From: Selaginella moellendorffii
Taxonomy: Eukaryota > Plantae > Lycopodiophyta
DNA length: 64,000 nt
Assembly (NCBI RefSeq): GCF_000143415.4
Contig: NW_003314275.1
Coordinates: 1,493,955-1,557,954, forward strand
Direction: 5' to 3'
Made by a program: the position numbers and the translations under genes. Of the stretch, positions 32,708-46,145 are shown in pieces (position 1 is the first letter of the stretch; the number at the start of each line of letters is the position of its first letter). The notes beneath the pieces are model-generated. The model saw only the letters and a program-made list of their open reading frames with translations. It did not search any database and was not told the origin of the DNA.

Positions 32708-34270
32708 TTACAATATCCGAGATAAATATTTACCTGCATAGTCCTCTGCAAGTATTTCCTCTGCATAGTCCATGTAGACTTCAGATTCGAAACAAAGTTC
32801 CCGCTTTTCATTGATGGAGAAAAGATTGCTACTGTTAATTCGCAACACCTGAAGAACAAACAAAAGTTATTTCTCACAATTCTATGTTTTTCCAGACCTT
32901 GGAAAGCGGCACAATCTTCTGTAGCTTTCTGACGTGCAACCTCCCACCGTTGCCTCGAAGTGCTTCCAGCAACTTGACCACCCATGGGCGATTTTCTTGA
33001 TCGAGCAATCCTGCGCGTGCGAAGCAATGGTACACTACTTCTTCCATGTATGCTACTTTAACCTGCTCAAGGCATAAGTGACTAGAAGTTAATTCCGAGC
33101 CTGTCAAGCATACCTGCTCGATTGGTTTATGAAGAAGCATTCGTGCCCAGAGGTTGATGCTAAGGATCTTTGAGCCTGTCAAGCGTAATAGCTCGTGTAC
33201 CTGAAACACAAACTCAAGAAAAGGAGATAACTCTCAAGAACTTAGTTACCTCCGACTCTCGACTCTCCAGCTCCTTGTATTTCTTCATGATGTACTCCAC
33301 TAGGATTTTCTTGCTAACGCTCTCCACTTGTAACATTCTAGCTCGAGACAAGGCACTCGATATACGAGAGATGTACACTAGCTCACCTGCAATACAGACA
33401 ATAAAGAAAAATCATTAACTGCCACAATTTTGAGCCAAATTGCTATACCTCCGCTTCCCATGATCACAAACGACGCGAGCCTGTTGTCAGCGACGTATTT
33501 GGCAACTCCTAGGATCGAACGAAGGGCCTTGGATTTATCGTCAAAAGTTGTGACACCATCCACTACCAGTATGATAGGTGTCTTGCCATGTAGACAACCA
33601 TATACCCAAGCAACACCCGCGAGAATTCAAGTGAAAAAGTCGACTTTGGATAGGATATTGCTCCAAAGCAGTCCAAAAGGTAGTTGTTGCAAGATTTTGT
33701 TACTTAGCCATTCTCTTGTGTCTCGGACGTTCACCCCTTCGTGCATATGCACATAAATGTAGCTACGTTGTTTCAAGCTGAGAGCCTTTTTTATTAACGT
33801 CGACTTTACCGAGGCATGGCTATTAGAAAATGAACATGAGCGTTGAAATGTTAAAGAAAAGACAGAGCTCACTAGCCTGTGTGCGCTGGTGGCAAGGCAG
33901 GGACTGATCCACCGCGACTGGCATTTCTTTCCAAGAAAGCCCGAGACAGAGCCCAGCAAGAACCACTGACGGCATGCCGCGCTGTACGCCACCAGCTGCT
34001 CTTTCCCACCGCTGGGCCTCTCGTGCCCACATTTGTGCAGCAAGAGCCAGGCTGTTTCACGCGACACCGACGTTCGCCGGATGGACGGCTCGATGGTAAG
34101 CTCCCGCCACGCATGGCATACCGCACTGCACTGCGCGACGTCGCGCAACGGTAGCCGCGAGAGGATGACTACCGTCATGTCACTGGCGATACCATGGCTG
34201 CATTGGGCGGCGGACTCTCTCCTTACCAACCATCGTGACCGTTGAAAAAGGTAGAATATTCTCCATCTTT
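32708..34270 (-). pseudogene. F-box / P-loop ATPase fusion pseudogene
   Basis: A ~1.6-kb deletion joins the F-box 5' part to ATPase intron 1 near 33863. Walker A is changed to ASVKST and there is a premature TGA at 33627. Confidence 0.8.
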
Positions 34271-34595
34271 CTTTGCAAGCGTTTACACCAAAATCATTCA
34301 TATTTGACTTCTCATAACCGGGTTCAGGGTTTAGGGTCACTATGTCAGCTCTCACAGGACAAATTGTGGTGTGCGGACCAAGTCTTGTAGCATCAAGTTC
34401 TGTACACAGTGCTACAAGACTCAATGTTTCTAGGAAGAACATTGGAGCGAAGCTTGTTGCAAGGTAAGACTAGGTCTTATTAAAGATTTGATCTCAGATT
34501 GGTTCTTTTTTCCAAGAAACAACCGACGAGCTTTTTGTGGGAGAGCTCAAGCTAAAGCTAATGACAGAGATGATAAAAAGACCAGAGAAGTGAAG

Positions 34596-34922
34596 ATGAG
34601 CTTTATGAAGATGAGTTTGGTGGACGACACAATTACACTTGTCCGTGTCCTTGCGGTACTATGTTTTGTGGCCTGTTATGAGGGCGGGTATCGCCTTTTG
34701 GTTTTCACTCTGGGCATGACCTTGTTTTGCGGTGGTGGCGCAATTGTCTTGAGTTTGGGTTTTGCGTTGGCGGTGGTGGCTGTGGAGTTCTTAATAGTGA
34801 TGCCTTGCAGATTGGTATGGCTACTACTGCAGCATATCAACATATCTGCCGTGAAACATGTGTTAGTACAGCAAATCAAGGTGTCTGCTGCGGACATTGC
34901 ATTGATTTTGACCAAGCGATAA
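34596..34922 (+). CDS. Putative small hydrophobic protein (108 aa), duplicate of 45715-46041
   Basis: ATG-initiated ORF with hydrophobic segments; more divergent relatives at about 30035-30305 and 39358-39660. Confidence 0.35.
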   Translation: MSFMKMSLVDDTITLVRVLAVLCFVACYEGGYRLLVFTLGMTLFCGGGAIVLSLGFALAVVAVEFLIVMPCRLVWLLLQHINISAVKHVLVQQIKVSAADIALILTKR

Positions 34923-36074
34923 AACGAATTTGTTGACTTTCTTATTAATAAAATCCAAATTTCAAACTCTCTCAAAGAATATTCGTGCATTTTATTTACA
35001 CTGTTTTCCATTTTTTTTACATCTTGGCGCTATCCTAGAAAAGACACTTTTCACGGGTTCATTATCTTTTTCCCGTGAGACAAGGATGATTTGTAAGTAC
35101 TTCTCGATCTGTAACTCTCACCTCGATCTCGATCTTGCTCTCGCTTTCGGTCTCAATCCGACGATGGCTTGTGTCTTTCGCCTGCGCTGCTGTGGCCTTC
35201 ATGGTGGCTCGACCTTCTATCCCTGCTGGTATTCCCTGCGCTTCCTTGAGGAACTGTCCTCCCCGTTTTGATCCCTGCTGTGAACGTTTTTAGCTGCCAC
35301 TGCTGGGCTCCAATTGGGATTTTCTTGCTTGCCACCATCAAAGCAGTGAAGCTCCTATTCCAAAGCTCCAGATGATGTAAGCCGTGTTTCCTTAGCTGCT
35401 CACTTACAAGTCTGAGATCAAATGCTGAGGTTTGTATTCCTCTTTATTTACTTCTTTTCTTCTTAAGTTTATGAATCTCTGATTTTGGTTTTGCACAGGC
35501 CACCATTTGGTTGACGCCAGAATCTCTGTCTAGAACCCAGGACTTTTATATGATCATTTACATTTATTTGTTAAGAATTAATTTTCAATAATTTAGACCT
35601 AGTCTTTCAAAACTTAATAGTCCTATATGCCTCTAAAATTGGGTGGTATAAAACTCATGCAATTGTAAAACTTTATCATCCTCAAAATTTGAAGAAGAGT
35701 TTAATTACTTTGGTTTAATTGCTTTATCTGCCTTTGTTTTTTTCTTCCTTATTTTGTTCTCTTTTTTTAATTTATGAGCTTTCTTTCACAAATTCTTGAT
35801 CTCTATATCTTGAGTCACATGTTACAGAGTAGTCTTAGCCTCTTTTGCAACATTTCTAGTAACAGTTTTCTCCTCTTGATTTGCTTATTTAGAAGTTTTA
35901 ACAATATCAACACGATTCTGATTTGCTATCTCGCATAAAATATTCTTATTGAATGGTGCAATTTAGCTAATCTTATATAGGTCAATTTAGATCTTCTAAC
36001 AAAATTTCTATATATGCAACTAAAGTTAGAAATTCTGACAAAGGAATTGCTAAGACAATTCCTTTGATACCAAA

Positions 36075-36870
36075 TATAATACACCTTAATTTAGAGTTGA
36101 ACTCCAACTCTTACATGCAAAACAGTGTTCTGGCACAATTTTAATATATCAGTGGTTTAATGTAAGGAGGTGGGTACCCCACCAACTAAAGCATCATGGA
36201 ACTTAAACTTATACCCAAGCTAAATGCAAAACAAAGTAGCTTAGTGGAAGACAAATTAATGCCTCAAATGGTCCATTTTTTCGACCACTATCCTTATTAT
36301 ACATTTAGAACTTCCCCCTATATGAAAGCTTAGTTTGTGATTTCACCCTAGTTAGTCTCTGGAACAAGCTTAAAAATTTACTAAATATAGAATTTCACTA
36401 GATTGTGAATTAGAATATATGAATAACAAAGTGTTTAGAGCATTCTTTACATTTCATAAATATGCCTCATTAACATATGCCATAAATAACACATATGAAG
36501 TATGATAGCAAGAGTGTTTGGTAAACGCAATAATCTATCATGTAGCAATATTAAAGGACTAAACTCAATATACAAAGATTATATCACTAGCCAATGCAAG
36601 ACATAATGAGATAGGAATTTTTTACCAGACTAAGTATGTTTACCTAATAGTATATAAGAAGTCTATCGTTATACTATTCCAGTTTAAGTACACTTGAGAT
36701 GTCCAATTAACTCCACTAGCATAAAAAGGGCGAATGAGGGAACTAATTAACTGAACTCCTATTGTCATAGCAGTAAAAATAGAATGTTTGAAAGGACAGA
36801 TTAATAAATATATTTCAATACTTTCGATATCTTCAACAAGTATCTTGTTCTCAAAGTCACATTTGTAATA
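36075..36870 (-). mobile_element. Uninterrupted duplicate of old LTR E
   Basis: Carries a single atatg at about 36320 where copy 1 has the TSD and element D. Confidence 0.75.
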
Positions 36871-39800
36871 TACACTCACTTGAGAAGAATATATTCTTGA
36901 TGACTACATAGAGAATTTGATAATTATAAAGAGTGAATTCAAAAACTTATATAAACATTGCAACCAACTCAAAAACTATAAAAGAAACATGGGGAAAGTG
37001 CATGCAATATATTGTTTTTATCATATCATTTATATTTGTCTATAACTAAATTAATTGGTGTTTTCTTTGCTTTTAGAGTTTATTTCACAAAGATGCATTT
37101 ACTACTAATCAAGGAGTCTAATAGTTTATTGCCTCTAGAATGGTTGAGAAAAAACTAGCTTCTAATTTCATCCAACATGGTAATGTGTTAATTTCAAATC
37201 GAGTCATCATGGTCAAATCATATATCTAAGCTTTTACAACTACAGAAATAAGTAGCAAGCTTCACATGCTTGGAAATTTTGTCTATAACAAACTAGAGTT
37301 TAGGTTTGTCAAATGTCAGACAAACAAGTATTACTTATAGTATTTTTGGGGTTCTGTGCCACAATAATGAGTACAAAAAATACACTTTATTGAGTAATTT
37401 GCATTTTCTTGATAATTTTTAAACAAAATTCAAACAAAAGATTTAAATCATAAAGGCAACTCATTAAAAAAATTAAAATAGAAGAAATCTTAGTCACTAT
37501 GAACAAAAAAATTCAAGTTTTTCTCTTGAAAACATACTATTGGTAAGATTTATCTTTTGAATTTCTAGCTCTTAAAGTAGCACAAGTTTATATCTAGGTT
37601 TTGCAGGTTCTTTTGTCCAAATCCCCATTCATCACCTCAAATAGATACTAAAATCAGATGGCAAATCTTAACCCCTCATCAAATAACATTTGATCACACT
37701 TATATCTTCCAATTAAATACATTTGAGGGAGATATGTGTTCTTCCATAATTGTCACTATAACTAGGCAATGCTCCCAATTTAGAAGAGAACTCTCTAAAT
37801 CTAGTTTATATCCTGGGACACTATTTCCATTAAAGGGCATTTCATTTATGTATTTTAAATTTCATCTAATGATTCAATTAAAGTTAAATATACTGAAGAT
37901 GCCTTTTTGCAAATGAACATATTGAGTGGGGAATTCTTGAGCAAGGAGATCTCAAAAGGACATTGACACTTTTGTCTTATTATACAAGTTTTCAACTAAT
38001 TCTGGAAGATTGTACAATAGATGTCAAGTGGGTGATATTAAGATGCTCAAAGTTATGGTTTTGTGATGCTATTCTCAACAAAGAAGAAGATTATGACTAT
38101 ACAACCATTGTGTTAGGATGATTAACAAGAGTATTTAGTAAAAAAAAACTTCACATGGGTCAGTCACAAGTGGATGAAATACCTAGCTTTAGGACAATCT
38201 TCTCTAAAGATTTAAATGTTAATAAATCATCCCTACAAAACCACTATATAAAACCAATAAAAATACCCCATAAAGGAAAACCAAATTCTAAAACCATATA
38301 AAAAACATATTGCACTGATGAAGCATATGAAACCATCTCACCTGTTTGAGCATTCTTATTCCCATTTGATTGAAGCCTTCCACAATGACGTTCTTCCAGG
38401 TGGCAATGATGTTTGAATAATTCACTTCCATATTATATATCCTCGTGCATACACATAGATATATAGTGTCTGTAGCAGAAATTGCTGTGCTGCAATTGTT
38501 AGTCCTTCTCAGCTTTGTAGTCACTCCAAAGCACCCAGGCATAATCATGATAATTACAATATCTGAGATAAATACTTAGCTCAGTATTTCCTTTGTGTAG
38601 TCAATGTATATCTCAGATTCAAAAGAAAACTCTTGTTTTTCATTGATGGTGAGCTGCTACTGTTGATTCACAACACCTGAAAAACAAACAAAAGTTAATT
38701 CTTGCACATGCGAAGCAATTGTACACTACTTCTTCCATGTATGCTGCTTTAATCTAGAAGTTAATTCCAGCATACCTGCTCGATCGGTTTATGAGGAAGC
38801 ATCGGTGTCAAAAGGTCCATGCTAAAGATCTTTGACCCTGCCAATTGTAATAGCTTGCATACCTGAAACACAAACTCAAACCCCTCAAGGACTTAGTTAC
38901 CTCTGACTCTCGACTCTCTAGCTCCTTGTATTTCTTCATGATGTATTCCATTAGCATTTTCCATTAATTGCCGCTCCACTTCCCACGATCACAAAGCAAG
39001 CCTGTTGTTGGCGACGTGGCAACTCCTAGGATCGAATGGAGAACCTCGGATTTGTCATCAAAAGCTCTGACACCATTGACGACTAGTATCATGAATTCCA
39101 TTTAACCATATAAAGTGGGGTTCAGGGTTTAGGGTCACTATGTCAACTATCACTGGACGAATTGTGGTGTGCAGTCGAGTTCTGTGCACAGTGCCAATGT
39201 ACATTGGAGTGAAGCTTGTCGCAAGGTAAGACTAGGTTTTATTAAAGATTTGATCTCAGATTGGTTCTTTTTTCAACGAAACAACCTACGAGCTTTTCGT
39301 GGGAGAGCACAAGCCAAAGCTAACGAGAGAGCTGATAAAAAAACTGGAGAAGTGAAAATGGGCTTGGTGGACTACACACTTGGACTTCTCTATGTCCTTG
39401 CGACAATATCTTTTGAGGGCGCATATCACCTTTCACTTGCCACTTTGATCATTACCTTGTTGTGCGGTGGTCCCTTATTTATTGGTTATGTATTTGGGCT
39501 TTTTGTTCTTGATAGAGATGCCTTGCAGATTGGTATGGCTGCTACTGCAGCATATCAATATATCTGCCATGGGACGTGTGCTAGTGAAGAAAATCAAGGT
39601 ATCTGCTATGCACATTGCATTGATTATGACCAAAAAATGAACTTGTTGACTTTTTTTTAATTCTATTTGAAACATATTTTTTTATATTTTTAATTTATTT
39701 TTTCCCAAGAAGGAGAAAGTCTAAAACATAAGCACTGTAATCTAGACCTCCTGTAATCTAGGCTTGTGTCAAGACCTCCAGCCCGGTCTCCAACGGGTCC

Positions 39801-42233
39801 TTGTCCATGCACTGGGCAGCGATTTGGAGCCGCGAATTGCGTCGACCACACCCCATCCATTGTAAGATCCATAGCAAAATAGCTGTATTGTATACAATAG
39901 AACATGACATGCTCTGAGACCAAGACGCGGATCTCTCCTTCTTCCCTTGTCCAAGATGATCAGTTCTGTTGCTGAAGTGTTGCAAGAGCATCATCCTCTT
40001 CAGCAACAGAACTGATCATCTTGGACAAGGAAACCAGTGCTCAAGATGAGTAAGCCCAGCCATGAGCTGCTCGTGGAGATGGTTGCAAAGCACTCAATGA
40101 CAAGCTCCATGCTTGGAGCGGCGTGTGTTCGAGTTCGACTTCCCAGAGGGCTGCTTAAGTTATCTACTCATTGTGGAGCTTACAACTCCCAAGGTCTACT
40201 TGTGGGCTACATCAATAGATATTGGATCTTGTTTGATCCGGCATTTTACCGTAAGTCAAGACGACTGTGGAAGAGTTTAGCGTTCACAAATTTAACCACT
40301 TTATATCAATGTATGCCAGGAGGCAATTGACCGTTGTACTTCTCAAAGAATATTCACGAAATCTCCATTTTATTTTCTCTTTTGTGGTGGCTGTGGTGGT
40401 TCTACTGCTCTTGCTCCTCCTGCTTCACCCTTAGAAACACCGACACTCTCCTTGGATCCTCCTCGCCTCCTCTCCTCCGACAAGGATGATTTGTAAGAAC
40501 TTCTCGATCTGTAACTCTCGCCTCGATCTCGATCAGACGATGGCTTGTTCACCCCACTATCCTTGCTGCTATCTCTCCGCTCCGAATCTCTTTCCTTGTA
40601 ATCGTACTCATCATAAAACCATCTCCAATTGGATGAGGGGCCCCTCCATAAGGTTCAATTCCGTCAGGCATCCATGGCATTTGCTAGCCTGAATAGTCTA
40701 GTTTACCAAGTCAGTAACTGGAGCATCGAAATTGAGGAAAAGTACCTAGGCATCCTTACCTCCATCAAAACAACTTTCTCCCAGGTCTGCAATTGATCCC
40801 TCGCTGCCAATAGAACAGGAGAGGCTGCTTTTGAGGCAACACTGACTCCATATCTGTGAACGATGTATTAGATTATTCTTTCTCGACTCATTGCATCACA
40901 CCATGGAAGGAGGTCGTCGACAGGCACATGTGTCGCTCCACAAACGCATTTGCATTTAGAAATGATCTCGCCGCTATCCTTTTAAGGGGGTAGCAACATA
41001 AGAGAGTGGATTATGCATTATCTCAATTCCTCCACAAAATGGCCACCAGGAAGAACAAGAAAAGGCATACCTCCTATGACTGTGATATATGAAGCAAAAT
41101 GTAACTCTTCTTTCTTCCTCTTTTTCTTTTAACGCATTCTTTGAACGTATCGTCGTTTTCCATGGACCCTGTGGCACAAAAAAAGGCCTGCGATGGAGAT
41201 AAAAAAAGAGAGAGTGGAAAACTTATCAGCCAGATAATGCTGTCATACTCCTTGACAGCCTCCGTGAACTTGGTACACATTTGACACAGCACCGCGTTGA
41301 GCAAGTCAAATTGTTAAGCTAATAATCGACGGACCGTCGATTTTCTGCTGGGCTCCAATTGGGATTTTCGTGCTCGCCACCGTCGAAGCAGTGAAACTCC
41401 TATTCGAAAGCTCCAGACGATGTAAGCCGTGTTTCCTTAGCTGCTTACTTGCAAGTCTGAGATCAAATGCTGAGGTTTGTATTCCTCTTTATTTACTTCT
41501 TTTCTTCTTAAGTTAATGAATTTGTGATTTTGGTTTTGCACAGGCCACCATTTGGTGGTTTCCTCGACGCCAGAATCTGTCTAGAACCTGGGACTTTAGC
41601 TGCATAATTTCTGTGTAAACTGCATTGTCAAAGGCTTCTTCCACTTTTCAGATCGTTTTGTACTCAACAATCAAACAGGTGGGAAACACAAAGGTCATAA
41701 TCTGCATACCACAGCAAGCGGCCGCTTATTTGCGTGAAGTCGAAGAGCGGGCTAGGACGGGCGCAGTCACTGTTGGTCACAACCTCTATGGGATCCTCGC
41801 AGTGTCAGACCCGCTCAAACGAGAAGCCGCCATTCGCCCGTGCACAGGAAAGCTCGTGTTAAATCTTTGAGAAACTTTTACTCGTCAGTTGCTTGCGTCG
41901 CGCAAGTGTCTGGCTATAGCAAGAGAGGACACTGCTTTGGTTGGCAGTCGTCTGTCTACTTATGAGTGTTCCTATTCCCATTTTGTTTGAAGCCTTCCAC
42001 AACGATGTTCTTCCTGGTGGCTAATTCACTTCCACATTATATATCCTTGTACATATGTATATATAGCATCTATAGCCAAAATTGCCTCAGTCAGACTTAA
42101 CACCGTCTTCTCTACTTCTTGTAGTCACTATACCGAAAATCACCTCTACCAGTTGGACTTAATACTGTTCTTTTCTACTCAGTTTTTTTCATGTTTGTAG
42201 TCACTGCATAGCACCCACGCATAAGCATGATAA

Positions 42234-43729
42234 TTACAATATCCGAGATAAATATTTACCTGCATAGTCCTCTGCAAGTATTTCCTCTGCATAGTCCATG
42301 TAGACTTCAGATTCGAAACAAAGTTCTCGCTTTTCATTGATGGAGAAAAGATTGCTACTGTTAATTCGCAACACCTGAAGAACAAACAAAAGTTATTTCT
42401 CACAATTCTATGTTTTTCCAGACCTTGGAAAGCGGCACAATCTTCTGTAGCTTTCTGACGTGCAACCTCCCACCGTTGCCTCGAAGTGCTTCCAGCAACT
42501 TGACCACCCACGGGCGATTTTCTTGATCGAGCAGTCCTGCGCGTGCGAAGCAATGGTACACTACTTCTTCCATGTATGCTGCTTTAACCTGCTCAAGGCA
42601 TAAGTGACTAGAAGTTAATTCCGAGCCTGTCAAGCATACCTGCTCGATTGGTTTATGAAGAAGCATTCGTGCCCAGAGGTTGATGCTAAGGATCTTTGAG
42701 CCTGTCAAGCGTAATAGCTCGTGTACCTGAAACACAAGCTCAAAAAAAGGAGATAACTCTCAAGAACTTAGTTACCTCCGACTCTCGACTCTCCAGCTCC
42801 TTGTATTTCTTCATGATGTACTCCACTAGGATTTTCTTGCTAACGCTCTCCACTCGTAACATTCTAGCTCGAGACAAGGCACTCGATATACGAGAGATGT
42901 ACACTAGCTCACCTGCAATACAGACAATAAAGAAAAATCATTAACTGCCACAATTTTGAGCCAAATTGCTATACCTCCGCTTCCCACAATCACAAACGAC
43001 GCGAGCCTGTTGTCGGCGACGTATTTGGCAACTCCTAGGATCGAACGAAGGGCCTCGGATTTATCGTCAAAAGCTGTGACACCATCCACTACCAGCATGA
43101 TAGGTGTCTTGCCATGTAGACAACCATATACCCAAGCAACACCTGGGAGAATTCGAGTGAAAAAGTCGACTTTGGATAGGACATTGCTCCAAAGCAATCC
43201 AAAGGGTAGTTGTTGCAAGATTTTTTCACTTAGCCATTCTCTCGTGTCTCGGACGTTCACCCCTTCGTGCATATGCACATAAATGTAGCCACGTTGTTTC
43301 AAGCTGAGAGCCTTTTTTATTAACGTCGACTTTCCCGAGGCATGGCTATTAGAAAATAAACATAAGCGTTAAAATGTTAAAGAAATAAAACATTACAAAC
43401 CTGCCATAAAGGAAGTAGAAGTACCCAGAATTCATTTCCAGCTCATGTAAAATCTTTTGAGCGTATTCCTTACGATCAATCTCTTCTTTACCTCCACATG
43501 GACCCTTCAGATGGAGAGCACAAAAGGTGACCACTGCAACAACCAATGGTGTTACGCAGGCTGCAAGAATAAACGTTGCCAAAGTTTCCATAACTTTCTT
43601 GAGTTGTGACCAAAGCCAAGTCACGATGATGTGTGATGTAAACCACACTTGAATCGATGAAACAAGCCACGCCAGAATTGATGACAGGATGGATGCAGGC
43701 CATGCTGGAAGCGATGAAAAGATGGCCAT
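42234..43729 (-). CDS. Multi-exon P-loop NTPase with N-terminal hydrophobic segments (archaeal-ATPase / AAA_16-like)
   Basis: Splicing intron 43346-43400 creates Walker A YGSHASGKST; Walker B is PIMLVVD. Four further ~50-60-bp GT-AG introns keep the frame open. The 3' end is uncertain. Confidence 0.75.
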
Positions 43730-43820
43730 TGTGTATCCATTTCCAACTTTGGGTACATCTGGTATTATGAGGCACACACACAAACATGATACATTCTTTA
43801 TTAAACAATGTAAAGGGATA

Positions 43821-43922
43821 CCTCGGGTCAGTAGTGGGGACTGCAGATCTCGTCGCGTCCAGGTGGGAAACGAGCCTCGGGTCAGCGGTGGGGACTGCAG
43901 ATCTCGTCGTGTCCAAGTGGGA
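43821..43922. repeat. Two-copy 54-bp tandem repeat upstream of the ATPase gene
   Basis: cctcgggtcag...gtggga at 43821 and 43875. Confidence 0.85.
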
Positions 43923-44311
43923 CTTCGTGTCCACGCTGCAATCAAATAGCATTAGCTTGAATGAAGAAAGGGAGAGCATTTAATACTTGGGTTAAATGCG
44001 CTGCGGCACTGTATCTCTTGTGGGTAATGGATAGACAAGCTTGCTCCGGTTTTGGCTGTTGTGAAACAAACACCGAGATAAGAGTGTGAGAGCTTAAAAA
44101 ATACCTCTGCAGCTTTGTCCTTGTCGGATCGAGCTATTCCGAGCTGGAAAGCCAAAAATACAGCATCAGTCAATAGAAAGAGTAGCTATACCTCCATGGA
44201 AGCTGGGGCGCCGCAGACCCAAACCGAGATTAGCGCTCCCTTCCATTGATAGAGAATGCAAGTAAACCCTAGGTATGAAAAAGGGGAAAATTGCTTAACA
44301 GGTTTTTGGGT

Positions 44312-45385
44312 TTATATCACTGGCAATTGCAAACGGGATGGGCTTCGGCACTGGACCACGAGGCCCGGGCCCAGCTTCCAGATTGTACTCCAGATTTGCA
44401 GTCCAAAGCTCGCGATCGACTCGCGCAAGACGAGAAGTAGCAATCTTTCTCTAGAAACTAGGAGATTTGAATGAACCTGGGCCGTGAATCGGCGCTGGTT
44501 GGAATCTGTGATCGCGGCGATCTGCCAGGAGACGGAATCCGGGAAGAAACCGTGGATGATCCGCCAAAGATTGTCCTGGATGTCGAATTGAGCGAGGATT
44601 TGAGGCGTGGAGCTCACCCCCCAGATGCAACAGAAACCACTCCCATCCTCGCGTAGCGCCGAGCACAGCAAGCTCAAAAATCCTCGCGTAGTGATCGCAT
44701 CCACGCTCGCCACTGATCTTCTCGCCTTGGATAGTTTGGCATCTGCTAGATCGAAGAGGCAAACACCCCAGTTGGATCCCCACAGAGAAATCGGTCCCGC
44801 CAAGACGATCCCATAGCCACCACCGCTCTTCTTCCACATCGCGAGAGCCTCAATGATAGAAAACCCCTCATCGACCGACAAAATGCGCCGCGCGGTACCG
44901 CGGAGTGACGCGGGCGTCATGGGGTCGAATACCGCCAGCGCGGCGGGCTTTGTAGGCGACGCGCTGTAGACGCAGCTCACTAGCCCGTGTGCGCTGGTGG
45001 CAAGGCAGGGACCGATCCACCGCGACTGGCATTTCTTTCCAAGAAAGCCCGAGACAGAGCCCAGCGAGAACCACTGACGGCATGCCGCGCTGTACGCCAC
45101 CAGCTGCTCTTTCCCACCGCTGGGCCTCTCGTGCCCACGTTTGTGCAGCAAGAGCCAGGCTGTTTCACGCGACGCCGACGTTCGCCGGATGGATGGCTCG
45201 ATGGTAAGCTCCCGCCACGCACGGCATACCGCACTGCACCGCGCGACGTCGCGCAACGGTAGCCGCGAGAGGATGAGTACCGTCACGTCACTGGCGATAC
45301 CGTGGCTGCATTGGGCGGCGGACTCTTCTTTCTTGATCTCCTTACCAACCATCGCGACCGTTGAAAAAGGTCGAATATTCTCCAT
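44312..45385 (-). CDS. F-box protein (may extend to about 43952 via an intron or frameshift)
   Basis: IASDVTVLILSRLPLRDVARCSAVCRAWREL F-box followed by a beta-rich C-terminal region. Confidence 0.85.
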   Translation of the reverse strand: MENIRPFSTVAMVGKEIKKEESAAQCSHGIASDVTVLILSRLPLRDVARCSAVCRAWRELTIEPSIRRTSASRETAWLLLHKRGHERPSGGKEQLVAYSAACRQWFSLGSVSGFLGKKCQSRWIGPCLATSAHGLVSCVYSASPTKPAALAVFDPMTPASLRGTARRILSVDEGFSIIEALAMWKKSGGGYGIVLAGPISLWGSNWGVCLFDLADAKLSKARRSVASVDAITTRGFLSLLCSALREDGSGFCCIWGVSSTPQILAQFDIQDNLWRIIHGFFPDSVSWQIAAITDSNQRRFTAQVHSNLLVSRERLLLLVLRESIASFGLQIWSTIWKLGPGLVVQCRSPSRLQLPVI

Positions 45386-45714
45386 CTTTTTTGGTTCTTT
45401 GCAAGCTTTTACACCAATTTCATAACCATAATAAGGTGGGGTTCAGGGTTTAGGGTCACTATGTCAGCTCTCACCAGACAAATTGTGGTGTGCGGACCAA
45501 GTCTTGTAGCATCAAGTTCTGTACACAGTGCTACAAGACTCAATGTTTCTAGGAAGAACATTGGAGCGAAGCTTGTTGCAAGGTAAGACTAGGTCTTATT
45601 AAAGATTTGATCTCAGATTGGTTCTTTTTTCCAAGAAACAACCGACGAGCTTTTTGTGGGAGAGCTCAAGCTAAAGCTAATGACAGAGATGATAAAAAGA
45701 CCAGAGAAGTGAAG

Positions 45715-46041
45715 ATGAGCTTTATGAAGATGAGTTTGGTGGACGACACAATTACACTTGTCCGTGTCCTTGCGGTACTATGTTTTGTGGCCTGTTATGA
45801 GGGCGGGTATCGCCTTTTGGTTTTCACTCTGGGCATGACCTTGTTTTGCGGTGGTGGCGCAATTGTCTTGAGTTTGGGTTTTGCGTTGGCGGTGGTGGCT
45901 GTGGAGTTCTTAATAGTGATGCCTTGCAGATTGGTATGGCTACTACTGCAGCATGTCAACATATCTGCCGTGAAACATGTGTTAGTGCAGCAAATCAAGG
46001 TGTCTGCTGCGGAAATTGCATTGATTTTGACCAAGCGATAA
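45715..46041 (+). CDS. Putative small hydrophobic protein (108 aa), divergent from the F-box gene
   Basis: ATG ORF conserved in the duplicate, with 2-3 hydrophobic stretches; no recognised family. Confidence 0.4.
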   Translation: MSFMKMSLVDDTITLVRVLAVLCFVACYEGGYRLLVFTLGMTLFCGGGAIVLSLGFALAVVAVEFLIVMPCRLVWLLLQHVNISAVKHVLVQQIKVSAAEIALILTKR

Positions 46042-46145
46042 AACGAATTTGTTGACTTTCTTATTAATAGAATCCAAATTTCAAACTCCAAACACCTCTC
46101 TCAAAGAATATTCGCGCATTTTATTTACACCGTTTTCCATTTTTT

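Larger units (their letters stand above)
27291..35295 (+). repeat. Segmental tandem duplication, copy 1 (with 966-1711); copy 2 is about 35701-46625
   Basis: Colinear homology with offsets of 9526 (32099/41625, 33170/42696) and 11119 (34488/45607). Confidence 0.9.

Noticed and set aside
29000-46100. Helitron or Pack-MULE as carrier of the duplicated array
   Set aside because: No convincing TIR/TSD or TC...hairpin-CTRR termini identified by eye; tandem duplication explains most of it.
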